From positions 744,001 to 808,000 of the forward strand of contig AP024666.1 of assembly GCA_024346625.1 (NCBI GenBank): 64,000 bases of DNA, written 5' to 3'. Shown one piece after another: positions 33,073 to 44,589 of the stretch. Within the stretch, counting starts at the first letter, position 1. Every line of letters starts with the position of its first letter. Source of the stretch: Williopsis jadinii. Taxonomy: Eukaryota. A program made the position numbers and the translations under genes. The notes below the pieces were generated by a model, which saw nothing but the letters and a program-made list of their open reading frames with translations, made no database searches and had not been told where the DNA came from.

Positions 33073-34506
33073 CTAGTACAAGGATTTGCACTCCAAGTCG
33101 ATAACCTTGACAAGGAACTCAACTTCCAATCTCTTTCTGCTCTCAACAAGCCAATCATCAGCCAATGTTCTACTCCAGCCCTTCAAGTTGGCAACTTCCT
33201 CAACGGCATCGTCCAATCTGTTTGTCACCAAGTTGTTTTGGACTCTGGCAATGACACTCTCAATGTCTTTACCTTCAACGTCACCAGCCTTGCTCAACAA
33301 GAAGAACGAAAAGAATTTAGCACCCAAGTGACCGAGAACACCTGCGTTTGGTGGTAAGAGAGCGGCGGTTCTTAACTCTGGAGCCAACAAGTTGAATCTC
33401 GTTATCAATTGAGAAGGCGTCAAAAGTCCCTCAGATGCAGCTTTTGGATCAATGGCATCAACAGCGTTGATGATGACCTTGTTATCAGCCTCTTGGGCCA
33501 ATTTTTTCAATTCAGCAAGCTCTTGTGAGAACTGAACATTCTTTTCAGAGTCTAGTTTTGTTCTGATTTTATTCAATTCGTATTGCAATTGAACTTTCAA
33601 GTCGGCATTATCCAAATGGTGATCAAGTTGGAGAACAAGGGTTTGAAGGTCTTCCAAAGACTTGTTCAATTGAACAAAGTTAGCATATTTACCTTCACGC
33701 TCTTCCTCCAAAACCTTTGCAACAGCATCGGTACTGGCCTTTTGAGCATCGATGGCAATCAATTTGGCACGGTTGGCAAATTCCTTCTCAGAGACTTGCT
33801 TGTTCAAGGAGACCTCAGTGGCCAACTGGGCATTGTGATGATCCTCAATCTCTTTAACCTTGGCGTCAAATCTCTTGTTGAAGTCTGCGAGAACCTCATT
33901 GGCTTTCCCCTCAATACCCTTTTGGACCTTTTCATCAAACACCTTGGAAGAGGTGTCCTGTAAAGATTTGATTTCGTTATCCAACTTTGTGAACAGCTCA
34001 GAGAGTGCACCAAAGTCAATGGCGTGGTTCAACTCACCATTGTTGATCTTTGTGATGAACGCGTTGAACTCCGCGATGGTATTTTGAACATCTTGGTTCT
34101 CACTCTTCAATTCCAATAATGGCAGCTTGTATGAAGCGGAAGGGAAAGATGTCGTGGCTACGGTGTCCTTCACCTTGGCCACAGCCTGCTTCACTTTATC
34201 AGAAAGAGCCTCTTCCTTCTCTTTCACACTGTCAATCTTTGTGGAGAACAACCCTGACTTTGGGATCTCAAAGGTCTTTTCAAGTTCTCCAAACTTCTTC
34301 TTGAAGTTCTGAATATTGTAGTCTTTGTTGGTGTTTGTTGTCAACGACTCCACAAAGTCAACCGCTTCTTCAGCAAACGGAACATTATCGGTAAAGAGCT
34401 CGTTGAAGGCGTTGTTCTGAAGAGCTAGCGCAACACCTCCGGCGTAGAACACCGAAGTTCCCACAACGAGCTTCGTGAACGTTTTCCCAACAGTGGACTT
34501 GAACAT
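33073..34506 (-). CDS. MIC60: MICOS subunit Mic60 (mitofilin/Fcj1)
   Basis: N-terminal TM (VGTSVFYAGGVAL), coiled coil, and mitofilin domain (LLPPNAGVLGH...DIESVIARV...LDDAVEEVANLKGWSR). First in-frame ATG is 34506. Confidence 0.93.
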   Translation of the reverse strand: MFKSTVGKTFTKLVVGTSVFYAGGVALALQNNAFNELFTDNVPFAEEAVDFVESLTTNTNKDYNIQNFKKKFGELEKTFEIPKSGLFSTKIDSVKEKEEALSDKVKQAVAKVKDTVATTSFPSASYKLPLLELKSENQDVQNTIAEFNAFITKINNGELNHAIDFGALSELFTKLDNEIKSLQDTSSKVFDEKVQKGIEGKANEVLADFNKRFDAKVKEIEDHHNAQLATEVSLNKQVSEKEFANRAKLIAIDAQKASTDAVAKVLEEEREGKYANFVQLNKSLEDLQTLVLQLDHHLDNADLKVQLQYELNKIRTKLDSEKNVQFSQELAELKKLAQEADNKVIINAVDAIDPKAASEGLLTPSQLITRFNLLAPELRTAALLPPNAGVLGHLGAKFFSFFLLSKAGDVEGKDIESVIARVQNNLVTNRLDDAVEEVANLKGWSRTLADDWLVESRKRLEVEFLVKVIDLECKSLY

Positions 34507-34814
34507 TGTGCTCTCTCTTCTGAATCTGTCCTCTCCTTGCACAGTAGAAATGAGCGCACTTGCCCTTCAGAGGTTGTTTTCGATCCCATTTTCGTTCAGA
34601 CGAGTTTTTCCCGGTGATCCAATGAAAATTGAGGGTATCGTCGACTGCCGAATCCGGAAGTTGTGAAATGCGCGCTGGATACATGGAGAAGAAAAACCCG
34701 CTCATCAACATGTGTCCGCATAGCAAGCTTCAGGATGAGGTGAAACGGGGTCCCCAAATTCCACCTTGATGCTTGAGTGAACTAAGCTGTGGAGCCATAG
34801 AACAAAGCACAAAG

Positions 34815-35879
34815 ATGTCTTCAATTGACGATATTGAGAACCTCATTAGCCAAGGCGATTACCAACGTGCGCTGAGTGAATTGGAGCAAGTCATTAACCA
34901 AGGCCAGGCTTCTCCGAAGGCGCTCATCCTCAGGGCCAAATGTTTGGTGCAGCTTGGGGAGCACCAACGTGCTATTCAGGATCTTCAGAGTGCCAATGAT
35001 ATGAATCCGAATGAGGAGGAGTCTCGAGAGATTGGATCCATGGTTGAGAGCCTCTCCAAACATGTTGTTCAGAATATGGATACCACATCGTCTCGTGCAT
35101 TGGGCGATTCGCAAGACAGAGACCTCACCTCCACTCTGATGAATGGATTGATGTCTGGGGGAATGGGCGGTATGAATAGCGGGTCAGGTCATTCGTCGCA
35201 GTTGGGCATGCTGGCGAGCCTCTTCAGCTCCGGCTCAGGCCGCCAGTCTAACCAAGGTGGCTTCTCTCTAGGTAGTGTTGTATCAATGCTCTCCGGTGGT
35301 TCGCAAGGTGGTCAAGGTGGATCCTATGGTGGCCAAGGTGGATCATATGGCGGTCAGGGTGGATCATATGGCGGCCAAGGTGGAAGTGGTGGCCTAAGCT
35401 CCCTGCTCTCTATGTTTGGCGGCCAAGGTCAAGGTCACGGCCAAGGTCAAGGTCATGGCCAAGGTCAAGGCTCTGGATATGGTAGTAATGCAGGTAGCTA
35501 CTATGGAAACCAAGGTGGTAATCAAGGTGGGAACTACAATCCAAACCAAGGTAACAGCTCGGGATTTGGCCAAGGAGGCAGTGGTGGTGGACTCTCCGGT
35601 ATGCTTAACTCATTCATGGGAGGTTCCGGCAGTGGATCTGGTCGTCCATCAAATGGCAACTATGGATCAAATCAAGGCAGTTATGGCGGCCAAGGTGGAT
35701 ACGGAGGCCAAGGTGGATACGAAGGCCAAGGTGGATATGGTGGTCATCATGGTGGTCGCCATGGCGGTCCAGGTGGTCCAGGTGGTCCAGGTGGCCCAGG
35801 TGGCCCTCCTCCTCAAGGCTTTGGTGGCCAAGGTGGGGCTCAAGGCTTTGGTGGCGATGGTTACGGAGGAAGATATTGA
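34815..35879 (+). CDS. RNQ1: Rnq1-like protein: TPR-like N-domain plus Gly/Gln/Ser-rich prion-like domain
   Basis: Segments match recalled Rnq1: NPNEEE..IGSMVESLSKHVVQN, SQDR, SQLGMLASL, SNQGGFSLGSVVSMLSG, GQGQG repeats, interspersed hydrophobic helices and terminal RY. Confidence 0.8.
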   Translation: MSSIDDIENLISQGDYQRALSELEQVINQGQASPKALILRAKCLVQLGEHQRAIQDLQSANDMNPNEEESREIGSMVESLSKHVVQNMDTTSSRALGDSQDRDLTSTLMNGLMSGGMGGMNSGSGHSSQLGMLASLFSSGSGRQSNQGGFSLGSVVSMLSGGSQGGQGGSYGGQGGSYGGQGGSYGGQGGSGGLSSLLSMFGGQGQGHGQGQGHGQGQGSGYGSNAGSYYGNQGGNQGGNYNPNQGNSSGFGQGGSGGGLSGMLNSFMGGSGSGSGRPSNGNYGSNQGSYGGQGGYGGQGGYEGQGGYGGHHGGRHGGPGGPGGPGGPGGPPPQGFGGQGGAQGFGGDGYGGRY

Positions 35880-35931
35880 TCTTCAAGTTGTAAAACATTT
35901 ATATGTGACTGAAAAAAGAGAGAACATATAC

Positions 35932-37494
35932 TCACAGGTTATTCGAACCAGCATTGAAGTCGTAGTTGTATTGTCTTTTCCCCGATTTGAACTCGAAGAA
36001 TAGCCTTTCGAATTCATCCAATGCAACATCGTATTCCTCTGTTGATTGTAATATTCCATCTTTCAATGGATCTGATCTAGCAGGAATATGGAGCTTGCGC
36101 ATTGGATTAAAATAATCCTCCTTCAAGTTCAACACTCCGTACTTGTGAAACATTGACTCTCTCACTGTTTCGAGACGGCGTCGTTCCCAGGCATATTGCT
36201 CTTGTTTCAATGGGAGCTTCCTCTGGCCAGTCCATACACCAGCAATGGCAGCAGCCTGTGATTCCAGAGTACGGAACAATGGTGGAGCAACGACTTTGCC
36301 CACCATGGCTATGGTAGGGTCTTCGATGTTGAACACATGTTGGTATAAGCCTTTGACCCTTGAATTTGAAGAAGGAAACCTACACCGAGCTGGAGTGGAA
36401 TATTCAAGAATTCCCTCCTCAAGAAAGGGTAGCTCAATATGGTAACCAGTAGCAAAGATCACAGCGTCTATATCTTCCAAAATTGTGCCATCTGTCAGCT
36501 CGATTTGCTTAGTTTGCGGTATAAACCTCGAGATACTTTGAATATTCTTAAAACTATTCGTGCAACGAGTCATATGAGAGGACAGATATAGCTCATGGCT
36601 GAGGTTTCGACTGATCAACACTTCTTTGGCAACTTGATCTAAGTACTGGCCAATGTCAATTGCGGATATGTTTCCACCCACAATGAGAACACGCTTGTCT
36701 TTGAAGCTCAATGGGTCCCTATAGCTCTTTGAATGAAGTACAGAGCCAGGGAACTTGCTAACATATTCGCTCAGTCCAGGGTAGTGTGGAATGAAGGGGA
36801 TACTGTAGCTTCCCTGTGCCAATATTACAGCGTCGAAGCATTGCTGATACCATAAATCTCCACCATCATTATGGGGATTACTCACTCTCAATGTAAGAGT
36901 CCACTTGCAGCCAGCTTTCTTAACGTTATACACCTCGGTATTGAAACGTATATGCTCATCCAGGTGCTCAGTTCGAGCAAATTCCAGCAATCTTTGTCTG
37001 ACTTGTTCATGCGTCAAGAATGGCCCTAGACCGTTTAACGGTTCATCAGACCTCTCAGAAGTTGAGTGACGCATGTATATCTCTGGCACATTTGTATATA
37101 AGCCAGGCCATACTGCACATCTAGACCAATTGCAATAGCTTGGGTCAGTTTTTGTAGAGATCTGATTGTTTATAGATGTATTTTCAAGCTGCTCATCACT
37201 TGGAGCATATGTATGTTCACCTCTGATGACCTTGACGCTATCGTACTGTTCAGTGTTCAGCACATGTTGTGATGGCATCGGCGGGTCCAATTGGTAGTCA
37301 TCAGTAAACCAGGTTCCTCCAAGCTCATGTTTCTGCTCAAACCCTATGATGTTGAATCGTCGTGTGTCAGGACAGGCGTTCTCACAATCAACGTACGTTC
37401 TTCCACATTCATCTATAAGAGCCAGTTCACGAAGCACAGTTAACCCAGCAACACCACCCGCACCTATGATAGCAATATCCTCAATTGTATCCAT
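35932..37494 (-). CDS. Flavin-containing monooxygenase (FMO1-like)
   Basis: FAD motif IIGAGGVAG, GGTW, FMO signature FPGSVLHSKSY, NADPH motif IVGGNISA, and FATGY. Confidence 0.9.
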   Translation of the reverse strand: MDTIEDIAIIGAGGVAGLTVLRELALIDECGRTYVDCENACPDTRRFNIIGFEQKHELGGTWFTDDYQLDPPMPSQHVLNTEQYDSVKVIRGEHTYAPSDEQLENTSINNQISTKTDPSYCNWSRCAVWPGLYTNVPEIYMRHSTSERSDEPLNGLGPFLTHEQVRQRLLEFARTEHLDEHIRFNTEVYNVKKAGCKWTLTLRVSNPHNDGGDLWYQQCFDAVILAQGSYSIPFIPHYPGLSEYVSKFPGSVLHSKSYRDPLSFKDKRVLIVGGNISAIDIGQYLDQVAKEVLISRNLSHELYLSSHMTRCTNSFKNIQSISRFIPQTKQIELTDGTILEDIDAVIFATGYHIELPFLEEGILEYSTPARCRFPSSNSRVKGLYQHVFNIEDPTIAMVGKVVAPPLFRTLESQAAAIAGVWTGQRKLPLKQEQYAWERRRLETVRESMFHKYGVLNLKEDYFNPMRKLHIPARSDPLKDGILQSTEEYDVALDEFERLFFEFKSGKRQYNYDFNAGSNNL

Positions 37495-37715
37495 CGAGCA
37501 AGTATAGGGAGACTAACTGCTTATAGGTAGACAGGAGAAAGATTTCATCAAAGAACAGTCTCATAAAAAGACCTTGGGAACCACATTAGCGCATCAAACT
37601 CCGAAGCCGCACTCACGAACGCCTAATACACGCTTACAGACTATACACCTTCCAGTAGAAATAGATACGAAAAACTGGTACAGTTGTTTATTTATACAAT
37701 GGCCATATCACCTAC

Positions 37716-39896
37716 TTAGGAGTCAGCACCAGGTCTGTTGAACAGTTTGAAGAATTGGAAGTAATCGTTCATCATTGCAGCGACACCAGTCTCTTCTGCG
37801 AATCCTGCACTGATCTCATTCTCAACCTTGACCAGACCCTCTCTCTCAACAACGGTACCTAGGGCTTTCACCAGGTACGGTGCAAATTCACTGTACCAGC
37901 GGTGATTCCAGGCAGTGAGTTTGACGATGAGCTCCAGGATCAAATTGTCCAAATTGTCCAGTTTACGCTCAATCTGATGGGCACTTTCAACAGAGGCCTG
38001 ATCAGCTGAGCCATTTGCTCCTGAGTGCAATGCCTGCTTCTGTAGGCCTTGTGCCTCTAGGAGGTAGTATTTCAGCAAGTTTCTAGTGCAGACTGGAGCA
38101 AAACGAGTCTCGAGGGCGTTCTGGAAAGCGACAGATGCTTCCTTGTAATGGTGTAATCTGAAGGCACACATGCCCAAGTATTCCCATTCTATTGGTAGTT
38201 TCTCATATACGGTCCTCTGTGCCTGGAAGTGGATCAGTTCTGCTTGCCACATGGTGTAGGTCTTCAGATCATCGTAGAGAATCATAAACAGGTTATCCAG
38301 CCATCTTTCACATAGTCTCTTTTGCTTGAATCCATCATCTGCGTTTACATTACCGTTCTCTGCAATGTTGGTTTGGCTTGTCGACTTGGATCTGTACTCT
38401 TCCTCCATGACAAAGATTCGTGCTCTGTACTTCAGGAGAGCTTCCCAGCCTGTTCTATGGACAATTTCAGTAAGAATGTTATAAGCCTTTGCCAAAGTGG
38501 TCTTCAAGTTTGCAGCTGGCAAGTTTGCTAAAGCCTGATCGATTGATCTGTGTTCTTGAGCAACCATGTTAGTATCCAGCGCAACAACATCTTCTAGAGT
38601 GACGTCGTTTGGTAGTGGTAGATGAACTTTATCAGCAGGAGCCAACAGCAAACGTTTCAAGTGGTATTTTTCTTTAAAGGCAGCCATTGGACAAGAGTTC
38701 AAGGTGAAAAGGGATTGTTCGATATCACCAAGTTCGAGATAAACCTTTGACAAGTTAGCCCAATAGTTGAACTCAGAGGGAGCAGAATTGACTGCATCGA
38801 TTGCAGATTTCAAAGCCAGAGTTAATTTACCCTTCTTGATCAAGAATTGGGATTCTATGAGCAAAAGCTCAGGGTCTCTCGGGGTCTTTTGGATACCATC
38901 GTACAGAGCCTTAACTGCTTTCACCTCTTCATCTTTCAACAGCAAGACTTTAACTATCAATGCCACGACAGATTCCTCCTTGGCTCTCAATCTCTCCAAG
39001 ATTTCCAAAGCCTCATCGTACAACCCGGTCAGCTCAACGGTCTTCAAGAGCGCATCCACCAGATAATTCTGTACGAGAGTAGCTGTCTGAACCTCTGGAG
39101 CACACCCAATATTTGGACCCTCGTAGAACAACTCTTCAAATGCGTGAAGGAACAATTTGGCCAAATCTGGAGATGAGAATGGGTCAAGAGCTCTGGATTC
39201 GACAATCGCATTGACCTGTTCTTCCTCGTCATCAGTGGTGACCAGTGATCTCATAACAGAACTTGCAAAGACACCCAACCAGATTCTATCAGTCTCTTGG
39301 ACGTGCTCACCACGGCCATCGATGACATACGTCGAGACTGCACCTGGTAGATGACAAGTAACCACAACGTCGACTTGTGAAAACGCATCGTAAGACGCAT
39401 AGATGGCCTTTGTCACTTTGAAATGCTTATATTTGCCAAACCAAGCCTGTGGTTCCTGAGAAATCGTATTCGCAATCTGATTCAAGTGTGCTGCTACTGC
39501 AGAAGAGCTTGAGTTATCGAGACCTGTGTAGTACAGGAAGGTACCAAGCTACAACGTTGTTAGAACGCCATCCAGAGAGAAGAAGAGAGAGAAAGCACAC
39601 AAGACACAATCATCAACATCAAAACACATACCTCTGGTGTCTTACCTCCTGGCAGCACCTTTGTTAAGCTCACAAGATCAGGAGGCCCCAGTTCCTGGAA
39701 CGTTCTGATCTTCGCAGCCCTTTCATCTAAACAAGACCCCGGGGTGTCCTCTTTAACTCTGTAGGAAAACACACACAACATGTCAGTACTAATGTTTCAA
39801 GAGGAGAAGAAATAAACATGAAAGCGCACAGAGAAGGGAAGCTCTGTGAAAGTGCATGCATACATACTCTGGAATGGAGCGTTGTGAGGTGATCAT
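37716..39896 (-). CDS. BCH1: Exomer ChAP cargo adaptor Bch1/Bud7; join(39868..39896,39632..39758,37716..39548), 662 aa
   Basis: Introns 39759..39867 (GTATGT/TACTGAC/CAG) and 39549..39631 (GTATGT/TTCTAAC/TAG). Splicing gives MITSQRSIPEVKED...FQELGPPDLVSLTK...LGTFLYYTGLD. Contains KRLCERWLDNLF; adjacent to TAF9 as in S. cerevisiae. Confidence 0.92.
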
Positions 39897-40354
39897 CTGT
39901 TGTTTATACTCGCAATTGATGTTCCACTGCCACGGTTCAAGTATTGTTTTTACTCCCGTTATAGACGTGGGCCTCCGAGAAGGAGAAAAAAATACACACA
40001 AAACCCAGCGCTCCGCTACTGATTCCTGGCGGCTTGTTCGATTTACCGGCAGTCGGGTTTTAAAGATTACATAAGCAGGCTGTGTGTATCAACAGTGTAC
40101 GGGGTTGGTTAGCCATGTTGAGGTTATTCAGTTCATGTTGGTGTAGCCAAGTACACGTGATGGCATTGAGATATTGGAGGTATTGATGGAAGCAGCAGTG
40201 AAGGGATTAGTGGATGTTTTCACTGGTTCTTTTTACTCTCTACACGGAGTGTCTCAGAGGCCGTGTGAGACAGTCCACTGGGGAAGTAATTACACCGTGT
40301 GTGTAATGATGTGACGATGTAATGGTATACAGATGAGATGTATGGACACGGCCA

Positions 40355-40883
40355 TCACGTTTCCATGTTGACATCCTCTTCATCGCTCAGCGACCAGTCC
40401 CTTGCGGTTAAGCAGTACTTCTCTGGCGGAAGTCTAATACCAACACCGGGAAGTACCGGTGGTAGCGTCTTCTTGTTTCTTTCAGCTGCCAGCTCAAGCA
40501 GAAGCTCCTTTGGCGTAACAGGGTTGAATTGGTAGTTCGTTCTTGCAGCAATAGCCAAACGTACGTCTTCAGTGGTGAGGTTCTTACCAGTTAGCGGACC
40601 ATTGCCGCTACTACCACGAGAATGGTCGTTGTAAACGACAGCATCTTTCAGTACGCCTGACGTGTATCCTGGTTTAGAGCATTAGCAATCGTTCAAAAGC
40701 AGATTCCCAAATCTTCAGTGGGAAACCGAGTCAGAGGCACTCACTGTATGCAAAATCTATCAGTTGTAATGGCACATGGTCTTCATAGTTTTGAACTCCC
40801 TGTGCAGCAAGGATCAAATGAAGAATACGCACATCACGCGGAACGACTGGTTCATTATCACCAGCATAGTTTTCCTCGGTCAT
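40355..40883 (-). CDS. TAF9: TFIID/SAGA subunit Taf9; join(40745..40883,40355..40668), 150 aa
   Basis: Intron 40669..40744 (GTGAGT/TGCTAAT/CAG). Spliced product has PRDVRILHLIL...VPLQLIDFAYRYTSGVLKDA...DVRLAIAARTNYQF...RLPPEKYCLT. Confidence 0.95.
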
Positions 40884-41114
40884 TGTGTTATTTTGAAGCC
40901 AACTTGTTTATCAGCAAAGTGATTTATTCGTTTGTTGACTGGTGTTATTGTCATTTCATGAGTGTTGTGTTTTTTTGTTGTGTCTTTTTTTTTCAAGGCG
41001 CTATCATCAACAAATGCCACTTCACGGGAACCAGGGAAACCGTCTACACAGGGGTTACACACATCGCTAAAGAGAAATGTATACAAATATATATAGAAGT
41101 ACTATACTAGACGA

Positions 41115-41852
41115 TCACAACTCATCCTTTACGTTCTTGACTTCTTCCTTGACATCCTCCTCGGACTTGGAGTCACCAAGAGCATCCTCCAAAGTGATTG
41201 AGGTGATAACCTCACCATCCTCATTCAACTCACCGGTACCGGAGATGACAACGTCAACAACTGGTTTGTCTCTCTTAGTCTTTGTGTTCTCGACCTTGTT
41301 AATGATATCGAGACCAGAAAGAACCTCACCGAACACAACGTGACGGCCTTGGTCAGTGTTAGTAATATCACAAGATTAAAGAGCTAAAAAAAGCTATGAA
41401 AATAACATACCGTCCAACCAGGAAGTGACAACTGTGGTGATGAAGAATTGAGAACCGTTGGTGTTCTTACCGGCATTGGCCATGGACAATTTACCTGGCT
41501 TGTCGTGCTTCAACTCAAAGTTCTCGTCTTCGAACTTATCACCGTAGATGGATTTACCGCCACGGCCATTTCTCATAGTGAAGTCACCACCTTGGATCAT
41601 AAAGTTTGGAATCACTCTGTGGAAGATGGAGTTGATATAACCAAAAGATGGGTCCTTGGACAATGTCAATTCACGGAAATTCTGTGCTGTCTTTGGAACA
41701 ACGTTACCGTAAAGACCAAGCACAACGCGTCCGAGGTATTCATCGCCTTGAGACAGGTCAAAGTAGACCCTGTCGGTGATAGTTGGATCAGTAGCCAAAA
41801 CTGCAACGACGAAAAGCACCAAGAACGAAACAACAGAAGTAAAAACCTTCAT
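41115..41852 (-). CDS. CPR5: ER cyclophilin B (Cpr5/Cpr2 type); join(41411..41852,41115..41347), 224 aa, ends KDEL
   Basis: Signal peptide [36 protein letters not shown]. Intron 41348..41410 (GTATGT/TACTAAC/AAG) restores [12 protein letters not shown]. Confidence 0.92.
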
Positions 41853-42073
41853 TTTATTGGTATTTTGGATTAAAACCACTGTTGATTTACAAGCGTGTCT
41901 GAACGACAAAAAGGACACGAATCTTTCCTACGTGAGCTTCCATCACACTTCCGCGCGGAGATTGCGCGGACGGGTGCGTTTGTGGGTTTTGTGCTTTGTT
42001 TACATTATGGAAGGGAAGAAAAGATAAACATTGATATACACATAAAAGCACATTTCTACAGGTCTTTTAGCCA

Positions 42074-42865
42074 TTATTGGATGCTCCTTTTACCCTTCTT
42101 TAATGAACTGATGGTGGCTTCGTCTGACGTTTGACGTATGGACACCTGTGGCCGTATTGGTTTTGTCAGGGATTCGATGTTGTTCTCACTGGTTTCATCC
42201 TCAACGTATGCAGGCGTACCGTTCAGCGAGATGTTGAAGAGGTTGTCGATGGTGCCGCGGGAAAGTTGATCATTCTTATCTGATGTACCCACTGCTTGGA
42301 AGCCAGGTGTTGTAGGGGTGTATGGTGTGTTTCCCAAGGTCCTGGATCTCGACGATGACGCTGAGTCCGGTGCTCCTGCGGTGGGTTGTTGAACTTTATA
42401 TGTGTGTCCGTCTGAAGGGGTGAACTGCGCCAGCATCTGTAGTTTGTTCATGGACTCTTTCAACGACAATGCAGTGCTCAACAACCTAGACGAGATGACG
42501 TCTTTAACAGTCGGTGCCATGTATACATCTGCACCAATGATGAAGTAATCAGCCATGGGCTCCACAAGCTCGGGGCTCTTCCTGTTCTGTTTCCTTATGA
42601 TCCAGAAATCCGGTTCTCTACGATGCAATATGACAAACTCAACACCGACCAGCTTCTTCAACTCTTCCTCTAGATGCGCACTATTGACTTGATATCCTTC
42701 TTGGAATTGGCTCTGCATCTTAACAGTTTGGTTGTTGGAAGTCCTGTCAAAGAATGGCGACTCTGAGAAGTACTCGAGAACGTTATCTGTTCTTAATCCA
42801 AACGATTGAATCCATTCGGGACTCTTCCATTGCAGCTCATCGAGCTTCTGTTTAGAATCAGTCAT
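42074..42865 (-). CDS. MED6: Mediator subunit Med6
   Basis: LDELQWKSPEWIQSFGLRTDNVLEYFSESPFFDRTSNNQ and DFWIIRKQ. Confidence 0.96.
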   Translation of the reverse strand: MTDSKQKLDELQWKSPEWIQSFGLRTDNVLEYFSESPFFDRTSNNQTVKMQSQFQEGYQVNSAHLEEELKKLVGVEFVILHRREPDFWIIRKQNRKSPELVEPMADYFIIGADVYMAPTVKDVISSRLLSTALSLKESMNKLQMLAQFTPSDGHTYKVQQPTAGAPDSASSSRSRTLGNTPYTPTTPGFQAVGTSDKNDQLSRGTIDNLFNISLNGTPAYVEDETSENNIESLTKPIRPQVSIRQTSDEATISSLKKGKRSIQ

Positions 42866-43212
42866 CAAGATCTGTACTTTCCAATGTGTATGAACAGGTG
42901 CACAACTTCCCTGTGTGTGATCTTTTCACCGTTCAATCACTTCTCCTCCTCCAAGTGAAAAGTGATCCTGTTTCAGATTTCCGACCGCATTTGATCACAT
43001 GACATCCTTCCCGGATCATGCTGAAATGTAAACAAAGGAAACACGCGCACGCGCTACGGTCTCGAAGGCGAAATTTCAACCTCCGATCTCTTTCTATGTG
43101 TGTGCTTTTCAGAATTACTGGTTGAACAGTTGCCAAAGGAGAAGCGTTTTAATTTATCAGGCTTTCCCTTCTTGTCGTTGATTTGTTATTGGCTTATATT
43201 GATAAGAGAGTG

Positions 43213-44589
43213 ATGAGCCATCTACACAACAAATCATTTAAGGATACAGTGGTGAAGACTGAGCCCTTTCATCCCTCAGAGGTTGAAGATATCCAAGCAA
43301 AGCTCGACAAGAAACTTGGCCCTGAGTATGTTTCAACTAGACCAGGTGCTGGTGGTGTACAGGTGTCGTATATCGAAGGGTGGAAGGCATTGAACTTGGC
43401 TAATCAGGTGTTTGGTTTCAACGGATGGTTCTCTGAAGTGAAGACGATCAACGTTGATTACCTCGATGAACGTAATGGCAGGTATAACGTGGGGTTATCC
43501 GTTGTTGTACGGGTTACTCTGAAGGATGGCTCATACCATGAAGATATTGGATATGGAAGCCTGGATAATGCCCGTACAAAAGCCATGGCTTTTGAAAAGG
43601 CCAAAAAGGAAGCGATGACAGATGGATTGAAAAGAGCGTTGAGATGTTTTGGCAACGCCATGGGTAACTGTCTCTATGATAAGGAGTACCTGAGTAAAAT
43701 CTCTGGGGTGAAATGTGCACCCCCAGATTTTGACGAGTCTAACCTCTTTAGATTTAACGATATGACAAGCCGATCGGCGGCAGTTCCAAGATCCCCCTCA
43801 AAACCTGAGAGGGCCAATCAGGTACCAACTACAAGAACTGGAACTAGTTCAACTACTAATATTAGACCACCTCAGAGATCAGTTCAGCCGGATATTCCGA
43901 AGTCAGTGGTGCCAGAGAAAAGATCCTCCGAACCAACAGGTCCAGTACAACCTGCCAAACGAGTAGATAACGATAACATGTTTGATGATTCCTTGACCTT
44001 TAGCGATGATCTAAATCTGGAATCAGAAGACTTCAACGATGAGGTGAATGAACTACTCGATGCTAAACTTAAAACACCTGCTCTGGGGCAAGAAGGTGAG
44101 AAAGGAAACCAACAAAATCAACAGCAGCTCAATCTCTATACTGAGCCATCACAAGAGAATGCATTCACTAATGAGACCCCATCTAGACGACCAAATGAAA
44201 CAAATAAGAAAGAAAACGGCTCCTTGCAACAGGCCCAAGAACCACAAGAACAGCCAAGTCAGCAACATGCACCAGTGAATCCACCAGCTGAGGTTAGCTT
44301 TGTTAAAGCCAGAGTTGCAGAAGAAATACAGAAGAGTTCCTCAGCTATTACCAGCGAACAGGCATTTAACCCACAATTCATCTCACCATCAATACGGAGA
44401 ACTGTCGACCCAACAAAATCCACACCTATAAAGAGATCAGAAGTGGCCCCTCCACTACAACACCGCAGTGCCCTACGGTACGATAATCCACAGTTGATAC
44501 CTAATCGTCAAATTGGTAAACCTCGGTATCCACCACCAAAGAGGCCGATTAATAAAGAACAAGAAAAAGAGGGTTCTGGTACATCATGA
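43213..44589 (+). CDS. RAD52: Recombination mediator Rad52
   Basis: LDKKLGPEYVSTRPG, YIEGW, FGFNGW, HEDIGYG, KKEAMTDGLKRALRCFGNAMGNCLYDK; later DDSLTFSDD and FVKA motifs. Confidence 0.97.
   Translation: MSHLHNKSFKDTVVKTEPFHPSEVEDIQAKLDKKLGPEYVSTRPGAGGVQVSYIEGWKALNLANQVFGFNGWFSEVKTINVDYLDERNGRYNVGLSVVVRVTLKDGSYHEDIGYGSLDNARTKAMAFEKAKKEAMTDGLKRALRCFGNAMGNCLYDKEYLSKISGVKCAPPDFDESNLFRFNDMTSRSAAVPRSPSKPERANQVPTTRTGTSSTTNIRPPQRSVQPDIPKSVVPEKRSSEPTGPVQPAKRVDNDNMFDDSLTFSDDLNLESEDFNDEVNELLDAKLKTPALGQEGEKGNQQNQQQLNLYTEPSQENAFTNETPSRRPNETNKKENGSLQQAQEPQEQPSQQHAPVNPPAEVSFVKARVAEEIQKSSSAITSEQAFNPQFISPSIRRTVDPTKSTPIKRSEVAPPLQHRSALRYDNPQLIPNRQIGKPRYPPPKRPINKEQEKEGSGTS

Noticed and set aside
35416..36003. 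195-aa V/A/K/M-rich overlapping ORF
   Set aside because: Alternate-frame artefact of the GGN/CAA repeats in the Rnq1-like gene.
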